Origin: an uncultured delta proteobacterium | GTDB taxonomy: Bacteria; Desulfobacterota; Desulfomonilia; UBA1062 | Direction of reading: 5' to 3' | DNA: 64,000 nt | Assembly (NCBI GenBank): GCA_963798485.1 | Contig: CAWCTR010000007.1 | Location: forward strand, 352,001-416,000 | Notes under the pieces: generated by a model | What the model saw: the letters and a program-made list of their open reading frames with translations, nothing else | Told to the model about the DNA's origin: nothing | Database searches by the model: none | Position numbers and translations under genes: made by a program | Shown: positions 39,454 to 47,944 of the stretch, in pieces | Position numbering within the stretch: the first letter of the stretch is position 1 | Layout: each line of letters begins with the position of its first letter

Positions 39454-40239
39454 TTAACAGCAATGATATTTATTGAGCTTCTTCCTGAATCCAATAAGCC
39501 CGAGCAACCCTGACCCGAAGAGACGTATGCTTGCCGGTATCGGGGTAGCTGTTGCCTCGGCGACTGTGCTGCCGTTGGCATAGAGGGTGAGAATGGCGGA
39601 GTAAGGGGTGCCGTTTGCACCCGGTGCAACCGTGGCAATATTGAAATGGTAGAGGTACATGGTCACGGAAGCGCCAGTATCGAGGGCTGCAAGGTTGGCC
39701 TCGCCAATCTGACTGACCCTATTCAATCCTCCAAAAGCGCCGGGAGCAGTTCCATTCTGATCCATTTTCGCCCTGTATGAATCTGAGTTGCCTGGGTCTG
39801 CATCTACGATCTGGTTTGTGACCCCATTGAGGTTTGTGCGGTAGTAGGTGTTGGCAACAAAGTTATAAGCATTACTAAAGGCAATCAAGAAAGTATTATT
39901 GATTGACGGCCTTACATTCTGCGTGGTTGCAAAATATTCTTGATGGGGAGTAGAACCACTACTACCGCTGTAGGCAAAGAACCCAACACTCAGATTCGAC
40001 CAGCTGGATGCCTGGAGTGCGCTGAGATTGATGCTGTTCGCCCCGGCAAGAGTCAATGGGTTACTACTGAGTGTGTCAAGTCCTAAGGTGGTTAGATCGC
40101 CGAGATCAATAGCACGTTCTGCCGTAGTTCCATTGTACACTACCTCTATAAGATGGTTGTTCTCGAAATAGGCAAATGCCTGAGAGGAAATGGCTGTCAT
40201 GAGCACGATGGTTGGCACTATTATAAATAATAATTTCAT
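39454..40239 (-). CDS. PEP-CTERM (VPLPA-type) sorted surface protein
   Basis: Signal peptide; C-terminal TPIPASIRLFGSGLLGLIGFRKK. Confidence 0.85.
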   Translation of the reverse strand: MKLLFIIVPTIVLMTAISSQAFAYFENNHLIEVVYNGTTAERAIDLGDLTTLGLDTLSSNPLTLAGANSINLSALQASSWSNLSVGFFAYSGSSGSTPHQEYFATTQNVRPSINNTFLIAFSNAYNFVANTYYRTNLNGVTNQIVDADPGNSDSYRAKMDQNGTAPGAFGGLNRVSQIGEANLAALDTGASVTMYLYHFNIATVAPGANGTPYSAILTLYANGSTVAEATATPIPASIRLFGSGLLGLIGFRKKLNKYHCC

Positions 40240-40274
40240 ATTGTTAACCTCCATGGACACCCTTTGTTGTGATG

Positions 40275-40940
40275 TCAGATGCTTCTCTTCTTCCTGGTTG
40301 CTGCCAATCCTGCCAAACCGGAACCGAATAATAGGAAGGTTGCTGGCAGTGGTGTAGTCACAGGCGTGCGAGTCCAAGTGCCTGTGCCGAAAGAGGCAGC
40401 TAAAGTTATAAACTGTGGATTTTGAGGTGTACCACTTAAATACCAAACATCGTCACATATACTACCGGGATACTGATCGGTTTGGATATAATAGTAGCCA
40501 TGTAGTGTGGAAGATGAAGCGCTAGAGGTATAGAGATCAGTATACCACTCCGTTGGAAGACCTGATGAACCCACAGCCATTACACGAAGTGCAAGATCTT
40601 GAAATGCCGACCCAGATGGTATGACAAGGGCACCAGAAGATAGGGTATATTGGGTCGTTAGTAAAAAGCCCCCGTAGGCTTGAGGATCAGATGCGCCTGG
40701 CTCAGCAGCTGCTGCTGCCAGTGCGGCTGGTGTACATATGAATTGTAGCGTCATATGATCACCGATGATAGGAGTGGATGGGAATGAGGGGCCTGTGAAA
40801 TAAGTGAAATTAGCGCTAGTGTATGTGTAAAGATACTCTTGGTCGGCGTGGACTGAAAAGGGTACCATCAACATCAGGATGAGAAGCGGTAGAGTCATGG
40901 GTTTGAATGTGTGGATACGTTGGGCTTTGGGTAAGTTCAT
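40275..40940 (-). CDS. PEP-CTERM (VPLPA-type) sorted surface protein
   Basis: Signal peptide ending VHA; C-terminal TPLPATFLLFGSGLAGLAATRKKR. Confidence 0.85.
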   Translation of the reverse strand: MNLPKAQRIHTFKPMTLPLLILMLMVPFSVHADQEYLYTYTSANFTYFTGPSFPSTPIIGDHMTLQFICTPAALAAAAAEPGASDPQAYGGFLLTTQYTLSSGALVIPSGSAFQDLALRVMAVGSSGLPTEWYTDLYTSSASSSTLHGYYYIQTDQYPGSICDDVWYLSGTPQNPQFITLAASFGTGTWTRTPVTTPLPATFLLFGSGLAGLAATRKKRSI

Positions 40941-41253
40941 AAATAATCTCCTCACAAAAGATTTACCGTTCTTATTGCCACGGGACATGCTTCACCCGCA
41001 TTGCACTCTAAGTCTTATATCTTGTGAGGGCTTTCTGGTTCTTCGGTTAACTACTGTTTGTCCCTAGGAAAGGATCACTTGTAAGCCAGCAAAGTACCCT
41101 TAACGGATACTATTAACATGGTTCTGTTAATATCGTATGAATGAATTGTTAAGTCTTGGTGAATGTATGAGAATGTTTGAGGGGTTATTTAGTGTTAGCT
41201 ACAACTCGATCTTACAAATAGAGAACTGACACTGAAGATGCTCTACGGGATTA

Positions 41254-41950
41254 CCTAAAGAAGCACGAACCTCATTCCAAAAAGTAACCTTCATGAAATA
41301 AGGTCTTAGGGCTTCGTGATTAACGAGATGGTATGCCTTGGCAGTGTTGAGGTCTTGAAGGCTCATCAGAGAGCTGTAACGAGCTCGGAATGCAACTCCT
41401 AACCCATATATAGATTGTATGCAGCACCAAGGAAGCATATTGCTTTTTAAAAAGATATGGTGTCTTGTTATCTGAGATACTTCCAGCAAGGCACACTATA
41501 ATGTTTGGTAAAAATGATTACAAAGACATAGCTGACAAAGATCAAACGGAGAAGCCTGTAAGGTTAAAAGGCTCTTTTACTTGTTACAAATGTGGGCAGA
41601 GATATGACAATAAGTTTAAGAATCGACATGAAGTCCAAACGGGATGGAGTATTGGTCGAAGCTTAAGATTATATCGTCACCCTGTTAGCCTATGTCTTAC
41701 CTGTTATAAGAAGCAGATTAAGCAGGAGCGAGTCGTGAGCTTGATTATAGTTGCTGTTATAGCCTCTTTGGCCTTTGCTGCTTTACATTACCATTGGTTT
41801 TAAAAAAGACTGATTCCTAGCACTCAGATTGACCCCCCCCCCCGGTATACCCGCTGTAGAAAGGGTGGTATAGGTAGAGACTCCTTTTATGTATCCCTAT
41901 GCACACGCTCGCCTGTCTGAGATCAATCCAAATAAAATTTCCAACCCATA
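41254..41950. repeat. Non-coding module, copy 3, interrupted by a small gene
   Basis: 41254-41392 aligns to 30665-30805; 41887-41932 is identical (46 bp) to 30983-31028. Confidence 0.85.
41501..41803 (+). CDS. Small protein with two CxxC motifs and a C-terminal TM helix
   Basis: CYKC...CLTC followed by a hydrophobic tail. Confidence 0.5.
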   Translation: MFGKNDYKDIADKDQTEKPVRLKGSFTCYKCGQRYDNKFKNRHEVQTGWSIGRSLRLYRHPVSLCLTCYKKQIKQERVVSLIIVAVIASLAFAALHYHWF

Positions 41951-41999
41951 TTAAATAAACAACTCCAGTCCTAGCTCTACGACCAACCAACATTCAAAC

Positions 42000-42362
42000 T
42001 TATTTATCTTCAAACCTGACGGCTATCCCATAAACTTCGGTGGTTTGGTAACAAAAGATATTATAAATCGGGATGAACCCATACATACTATTGGTTACGG
42101 TGACATTAATCAAAGCGTCTCCTCCCTTTTTTGCAAGGGCATCATTCACTGCGGTTGAGAATGTTCCATCTCCCCATGGGATTATTGCTAAGAGGAAGAA
42201 CCGACTAGACTCGCCTTGCACTGCACCCAACTCCTTGTAGGATTTACCATTTCTCAAGAGTGCACCAGGATCACCCATACTCCTGGCAACTATACCAAGT
42301 GTTCCTGTAGACGAACAACCAAACAATAACACTGCCACTAATAGTACAACAATTTTTTTCAT
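42000..42362 (-). CDS. Small lipoprotein
   Basis: MKKIVVLLVAVLLFGC lipobox, GGDALINV; GAGGAG RBS. Confidence 0.8.
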   Translation of the reverse strand: MKKIVVLLVAVLLFGCSSTGTLGIVARSMGDPGALLRNGKSYKELGAVQGESSRFFLLAIIPWGDGTFSTAVNDALAKKGGDALINVTVTNSMYGFIPIYNIFCYQTTEVYGIAVRFEDK

Positions 42363-42510
42363 ATTATCTCCTCAAATTTAATGTAATAAATTCAGGCGTT
42401 ATTCCAACATGTTATATTTCTACAACTTTAGTGTCTTAGAGGAAACCACAAATGAAATATTGTCATGACAGTGGGATATAATATCATATTATTCTTAAAA
42501 AATATACTAT

Positions 42511-43805
42511 GGATCTGTAAATTAATTACATGCTCAATTTACCTTTGCAGGTATAATTGAGTAGTTCCACTCACCATGGAATTCATCACGCGAAATGCGT
42601 ATCGCGGCAAATTCTTCGTTAGTCACCCGGATGCCTTTCGGATAAGGTTTTGAGTCGAGTTCTGCTCGCACTTTCAATCCTTTTCGTGTGGTGGTTGACG
42701 CAATCAGATTCACTATTACTTCATGACTAACTAATGGCTGCCCACGCCAATTCATGCTAATATGCGAAAACAATCGATGTTCAATTTTATTCCATTTGCT
42801 TGTTCCCGGTGGGAAGTGACTGACACGGATAGGAATACCAAGCTCATCGGACAACAACTGCAACTCAAGTTTCCATAGCCGAACCCGAGAACCATTGCTG
42901 CCACCACCATCCGCTGTGATTATCAACTCTTTGGCATTGGGATAGAGCGGTCTCCCCATTGAAAACCACCATCGGCGAATTGTGGACACGGCAAAGCTTG
43001 CCGTGTCATGATCCGTACCTACGCTAACCCAGCCAGTATTGTTTGCCAGATCATAGACACCATATGGGTTGGCGCGGCCCAGATCTTTATCAACAAAGTC
43101 ATATACATTAACTTGTTCTGGTTCTCCCTGTGGCCGCCATTCCTTTCCTCCGTTCTTAAACTGACCAACGAGTTCTTTCTTCTTGGTGTCAACCGAAATT
43201 ACCGGTTGCCCTTTACGCAACGCTTCTTCTGTCCGGGTGTTTATATATTTAAACTGCGCATCGCGGTCGGGATGGCTAGACCCTTCCATGGTTTTGCGGT
43301 TTCCTTGCAGGCTATATCCAAGCTTTTTAAGTAGTCCTCCTATAGACGTGTGGCTAACAATATACCCCTCCACGCCCAACTCAGTTTCCAGCTGCCTCAG
43401 GCTCTTGCAGGTCCAGCGTAAGGGTGATTCTGGATCTCCCAGGGTTACCGGCTCTACCAAGCTCTCCAATGCTGTCAGCAATTTCGCGTCGCCTTTAACA
43501 GAAGCTTTTCTCCCGGCGCCTACTCGGCGTATTCGCCGCGAACTGCTTCCCAGTTCCTCAGGCCTTTGAGCAAGATCTTTTAACCCTTGCTGAATCGAGC
43601 CACGCGCCACCCCTGTTGCTTTCCATACAAGCGTTATGCCGCCATGACCAACTACTTTTGCCTCGGATGCGGCTACCAAACGCCTCAATCGTTCATCTAA
43701 CGCCCATTCAATACTCTGATAGCGCTCTTTGATTGCTGACTCATTATCCATGCATTAAATCTAACACACAGTGTTAATATAGTCATGTTATTTATTTACA
43801 GTTCC
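42511..43805 (-). mobile_element. ISAzo13-family insertion sequence, apparently complete
   Basis: Imperfect ~22-bp IRs (GGATCTGTAAATTAATTACATG / GGAACTGTAAATAAATAACATG) and a 3-bp TAT target duplication. Confidence 0.9.
42534..43751 (-). CDS. ISAzo13-family DDE transposase
   Basis: ISVDTKKKELVG, ITADGGGSNG, PPGTSKWNKIEHRLF and FHGEWNY motifs. Confidence 0.95.
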   Translation of the reverse strand: MDNESAIKERYQSIEWALDERLRRLVAASEAKVVGHGGITLVWKATGVARGSIQQGLKDLAQRPEELGSSSRRIRRVGAGRKASVKGDAKLLTALESLVEPVTLGDPESPLRWTCKSLRQLETELGVEGYIVSHTSIGGLLKKLGYSLQGNRKTMEGSSHPDRDAQFKYINTRTEEALRKGQPVISVDTKKKELVGQFKNGGKEWRPQGEPEQVNVYDFVDKDLGRANPYGVYDLANNTGWVSVGTDHDTASFAVSTIRRWWFSMGRPLYPNAKELIITADGGGSNGSRVRLWKLELQLLSDELGIPIRVSHFPPGTSKWNKIEHRLFSHISMNWRGQPLVSHEVIVNLIASTTTRKGLKVRAELDSKPYPKGIRVTNEEFAAIRISRDEFHGEWNYSIIPAKVN

Positions 43806-43845
43806 TATGCCTGATCTGATTATTGATCTAACGATCATAGATTAT

Positions 43846-44117
43846 GCCTCTGTTTCTGTCCGTAGTAACATATAATATATCAAGCATGCCCTTGAACCGG
43901 CTCCCCTGCTGATAATGTAGCAATTCACGTATCACAACATTGCCTTGCTCAAAACATGCGTAGAACTAGTCTTCATGCCGTCAAGCGGTGATGAATTAGA
44001 TGGAATTATCAATACTGAGTTTATTCAAAATATTCAAGATAACCCCAGTATGCACACCCAAGTCATTCACATGGCTCATGCTCTTGAGCGTAGATCCAGA
44101 TATGGTGCCGATCTGCG
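43846..44117. repeat. About 270-bp right-end conserved segment, copy 2
   Basis: Collinear with 33446-33718. Confidence 0.92.
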
Positions 44118-44208
44118 TAGAAGGGGGTCACTATCGCAATACATTCACCTTCCCCGTATCTTCCCCGTAGTGCCTGGAGAGCTAGGCTAGGGCAGTAACT
44201 GTGGAGTA

Positions 44209-44231
44209 TTCAAATCCCTCCTCCGCTACCA
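44209..44231 (+). repeat. att core copy 3 (right boundary)
   Basis: TTCAAATCCCTCCTCCGCTACCA. Confidence 0.93.
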
Positions 44232-44300
44232 AGATATAAAAACTTAAATGAATTATTAATGACAAGCAAGTGTGCATGGCACTGAAGCTTCTCATTAATT

Positions 44301-44696
44301 TTATTTATTATGAAAAAACTTTCGAAATGTTGCAATACCCATCATGCCGCTTCCGACAAGAAGCATTGTAGCTGGTTCAGGAACAGGTGATGGATGGGTC
44401 GTTGGCCGATCAGGATTGAAATTGCAAGAGACATTGATACTCACCGGGTTGGATGGTGGCTGAGGTAAATTGCATTTAAGAATATCGGGGCAGGGGCTCG
44501 TGATGGCGCTTCTGCTTAGCAAGCATGTATCATTAGAAATAATGTTCAATAATATACTTGAATTTGAATAGATTGTATTGAAAAAGAATAACGGTATGTT
44601 GGAGTCTGTGTTAGGCATATTACTTATTGGAAGTGCATAAGCTGTTAGCGGTATAAACAGAAAAAGTAATGCTACTAATGTTCTTTTTATAGCCAT
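44301..44696 (-). CDS. Small PEP-CTERM protein
   Basis: Signal peptide; PVPEPATMLLVGSGMMGIATFRK. Confidence 0.85.
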   Translation of the reverse strand: MAIKRTLVALLFLFIPLTAYALPISNMPNTDSNIPLFFFNTIYSNSSILLNIISNDTCLLSRSAITSPCPDILKCNLPQPPSNPVSINVSCNFNPDRPTTHPSPVPEPATMLLVGSGMMGIATFRKFFHNK

Positions 44697-44741
44697 TTGT
44701 TACCTCCTGGTGTCTTTCCGATGATGTTTTGTTAGGTAAAA

Positions 44742-44757
44742 TGCATTATTGATGCCA
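44742..44757 (-). promoter_or_regulatory. Sigma54 promoter of the PEP-CTERM gene
   Basis: TGGCATCAATAATGCA (GG-N10-GC); PEP-CTERM genes commonly have sigma54 sites. Confidence 0.55.
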
Positions 44758-44988
44758 AAGAAAGAGATTCAAAACAGTTATTAAATTCAAGTAATTATCA
44801 GAAAAGGAATTTAAAAAAAACGATGCAAACACTATAATAAGAAATGATTAGCCACATTGTCCCAAATATTTTCTCTTTTGTGGAAAAACTGTGATTGCCT
44901 AATTATGAGATGGAAGTTGAAAGACATCTGGGATCTGGTTTATTATCCTTAACAATTTCCGATAAAAGTTTTGAAAGGGTGATGTAGC

Positions 44989-47040
44989 ATGTCTAATAAA
45001 ATCATGCTTGCTTTATGTATTCATTCCCACCAGCCTGTGGGTAATTACGCGAGTGTTTTCGAGCAGGGAGCAAGGGAATGCTATCTGCCTTTTCTGAGAC
45101 TCTTACAGGAGTACCCTGATATTCGTGCAACACTCCATTATACAGGGCCGTTACTTGAATGGTTCGATCAGAATTCACCGGAATTTTTCGAGCTGCTTAC
45201 CATGCTGGTAGAAAGGTCCCAGGTGGAACTTATGGGGGGCGGATTTTATGAGCCCATTCTCCCCGTTATCCCAAAGAGAGATGTTCAAAAACAGATTGAA
45301 TATACGAAAAATTATTTGAAAAACAGGTTCGGTGTGGTCCCCGGCGGTATGTGGTGTACGGAGAGGATTTGGGACCCAAGCCTCCCGAAAAAGATCAACT
45401 CTGGTGCAAAGGTTGAATATACACTCCTTGACGACAGCCATTTTCTCTCTGCCGGTCTTTGCCCGGATGATGTCCATGGATATTACATAACCGAAAGGGA
45501 GGGATATGCCCTTAAAGTGTTTCCCATTGACATGCACCTGCGCTATCTTATCCCTTTCAAAGAGCCCAATGAAATTATTGACTATATCCTCCATCTGAAG
45601 GCGAGGGGAGTGAATATCATCACCTACGGAGATGATGGGGAAAAATTCGGCATGTGGCCGGGGACGTTCAAATGGGTGATAGAGCAGGGATGGCTTCGGC
45701 GTTTCTTTGATGCCATGCTGAAGGTCTCAAACGATATTGAGATCGTTCCCTTGTCTTACGCCCTTGAGCGTTATCCCCCCAACGGACTCGTCTACCTGCC
45801 TACGGCAACCTATCAGGAAATGATGGAGTGGAGCCTCCTTGCTCCCCAGGGCAGATACTATGAAGAACTTGTAAAGAAGGCAAAAACAGAGCACGACTGG
45901 GATCGTAAGCGCGCATTTTTAAGAGGGGGCATGTGGGACAATTTCCTCTCCAAGTATCGCGAATCTAATTTGATGCATAAAAAGATGCTGAAGGTAAGCT
46001 CACTGGTGCAGACATATGGTCAAGGGTCTGATGATGCCATGAAGCATCTTCTTATGGGTCAATGTAATTGCCCCTACTGGCATGGTCTTTTCGGTGGAAT
46101 CTATATCGGGGCTCTTAGGCATGCGATCTATGAGAATCTTCTGAAGGCCGAACAGATCATCGATGAAAGCCGTATGGGCGATTGCCCCTGGATCGTTGAA
46201 CAGGTAGACCACGATGTTGATGGTTACGAAGAGGTCCTCATTTCGGGGAGGATACTCAATTGCTATATCTCACCACAAGACAATGCCTCGGTCTTCGCAC
46301 TTGAATACAAGCCGAAGCATTATAGTCTCTCCAATATCCTGATGCGTAACCCTGAAATTTATCACAAGGATGTCCTGAATCCCCAGGTGCACAAAAAGAA
46401 AAAGTCAGCTGAAGAGCCGCTGTCTATTCATGATATTCCCCATGAAACCCCCGAAGAGTTCAAAGAACTTCTGGTGTATGATACCTACCGGAAGGATTCC
46501 TTCATTACCCATTATCTTGAGGCACCTGCGTCAGTTGAGAAGATCCTCAAAGAAAACCGGATCGGTACCTCCCTGACTGCTCATCTCCCGTTCCAGCTTG
46601 TGTCGAAGGTTGACAATGAAGACAGTGTTTCCCTTACATTTACCGGCACACAGGGCATTCTGGAGATAAGCAAAACATATCGGTATGATCCTTTAGGATC
46701 TATTACTTTATCTCATGTAATATCCCCCTTAAGTGAAAATACATGGATCGTCATTGAATGGAATATATTCACCCTCACCGGTGAGAGGCCATTTGTTGAT
46801 ACGCAGGCCATGGAGAATGACCGTGGTGTTTACAGGGCTCACTGTGTTGAGATCAAGGATAGCTATAGCGGGCTCACCGTTCGGATTGAATCCGGATCTT
46901 ACTGGGTTGTCTGCATCGTGCCCATTGAATGTGTATCACAAAGTGAGGATGGCTTTGAAAAGACATTCCAGGGGTGGAGTGTATATTTCATGCAGCAGTG
47001 CCAGAAAAATGTTCCTGATGTAACACTGAAGGTGTCTTAG
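44989..47040 (+). CDS. GH57 alpha-amylase/4-alpha-glucanotransferase
   Basis: HSHQPVGN, GGFYEPIL, WCTERIW, GDDGEKFG and YWHGLFGG motifs. Confidence 0.92.
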   Translation: MSNKIMLALCIHSHQPVGNYASVFEQGARECYLPFLRLLQEYPDIRATLHYTGPLLEWFDQNSPEFFELLTMLVERSQVELMGGGFYEPILPVIPKRDVQKQIEYTKNYLKNRFGVVPGGMWCTERIWDPSLPKKINSGAKVEYTLLDDSHFLSAGLCPDDVHGYYITEREGYALKVFPIDMHLRYLIPFKEPNEIIDYILHLKARGVNIITYGDDGEKFGMWPGTFKWVIEQGWLRRFFDAMLKVSNDIEIVPLSYALERYPPNGLVYLPTATYQEMMEWSLLAPQGRYYEELVKKAKTEHDWDRKRAFLRGGMWDNFLSKYRESNLMHKKMLKVSSLVQTYGQGSDDAMKHLLMGQCNCPYWHGLFGGIYIGALRHAIYENLLKAEQIIDESRMGDCPWIVEQVDHDVDGYEEVLISGRILNCYISPQDNASVFALEYKPKHYSLSNILMRNPEIYHKDVLNPQVHKKKKSAEEPLSIHDIPHETPEEFKELLVYDTYRKDSFITHYLEAPASVEKILKENRIGTSLTAHLPFQLVSKVDNEDSVSLTFTGTQGILEISKTYRYDPLGSITLSHVISPLSENTWIVIEWNIFTLTGERPFVDTQAMENDRGVYRAHCVEIKDSYSGLTVRIESGSYWVVCIVPIECVSQSEDGFEKTFQGWSVYFMQQCQKNVPDVTLKVS

Positions 47041-47115
47041 GGATGTCATAGATGAGGATGCAGCGAAGATAATGCGATCACCTGTAGTTTCATTATAAGG
47101 TATCGGAAAGAAGAG

Positions 47116-47808
47116 ATGCCGAGGTTTTTTGCTGAGATCACCCGGTTCCCTATAGCCATAATTGTCGGAAAGGGGGCTGTCCGTCATATCACTGGTCCCT
47201 TAAGGAAGAGGAAGGGTGACGAGATTGCTATCCGCGTGGGGGACCAAGGCTTCCAGGCAAGGATCTCAGCCATTGGTTCAGAAGAGATCCTGCTTGATAT
47301 AATTGACGAAGAGCCCCTTCAAGATAGAAGCATTGCACGAGTGCACCTGGCCATATGTCTCTTCGACCTAAAGGATCTCGATAATGCCATCCGGTGTACA
47401 TCGGAACTCGGTGTTTCAAGTATCCACCCGGTCATATCATCAAGGTCGAACATCCGATCCATAACTGAGGCTCGATTTGCACGTTGGGAGGCTATAATCC
47501 TTGAGGCGGTCAAGCAATGTGACAGGATGACAACCCCCATTATCCATTGGCCGGTGTCTCTGGATGCATTCATATGTGAAGTATCTCACCTGTGGAGCAC
47601 CAGGCTTGTGGCCCATAAAGAAGCTCGATATTCCATACTCGAATATCGGGGAAACGATTGTTGTATACTTATAGGTCCTGAAGGAGGATTTTCTTCAGAA
47701 GAGCTTCGGGCGATTACTCAGGGCGGGTTCATTCCTGTGAGCTTGGGGAATACGATCTTGAGGTCTACCACGGCAGCAATATGCGCTATAAGTATTCTTG
47801 GTTTGTAA
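47116..47808 (+). CDS. rsmE: 16S rRNA m3U1498 methyltransferase
   Basis: ELGV, EAVKQC, IGPEGGFS and LGNTILRSTTA motifs. Confidence 0.9.
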   Translation: MPRFFAEITRFPIAIIVGKGAVRHITGPLRKRKGDEIAIRVGDQGFQARISAIGSEEILLDIIDEEPLQDRSIARVHLAICLFDLKDLDNAIRCTSELGVSSIHPVISSRSNIRSITEARFARWEAIILEAVKQCDRMTTPIIHWPVSLDAFICEVSHLWSTRLVAHKEARYSILEYRGNDCCILIGPEGGFSSEELRAITQGGFIPVSLGNTILRSTTAAICAISILGL

Positions 47809-47826
47809 AAATAATCTTCGCGAACC

Positions 47827-47937
47827 AATTGCAAAACTACCAGAATGTCATTCCCGCGGAAGCGGGAATCCAGTCTTCTCAAGGACTTCTGGACCCCCGC
47901 TTTCGCGGGGGTGACACCTTTTTTTAGTTTTGCAATT
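47827..47937. repeat. REP-like palindromic doublet nested in a 13-bp inverted repeat; possible terminator between convergent genes
   Basis: TGTCATTCCCGCGGAAGCGGGAATCCAG...CTGGACCCCCGCTTTCGCGGGGGTGACA flanked by AATTGCAAAACTA/TAGTTTTGCAATT. Confidence 0.85.
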
Positions 47938-47944
47938 AGCTAAT

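Larger units (their letters stand above)
33819..44231. mobile_element. Integrative element 2 (about 10.4 kb), tandem to element 1
   Basis: Bounded by att core copies 2 and 3; own integrase next to the left core. Confidence 0.9.

Noticed and set aside
24565-44231. Prophage or conjugative ICE
   Set aside because: No recognisable structural, lysis, terminase, relaxase or T4SS genes.
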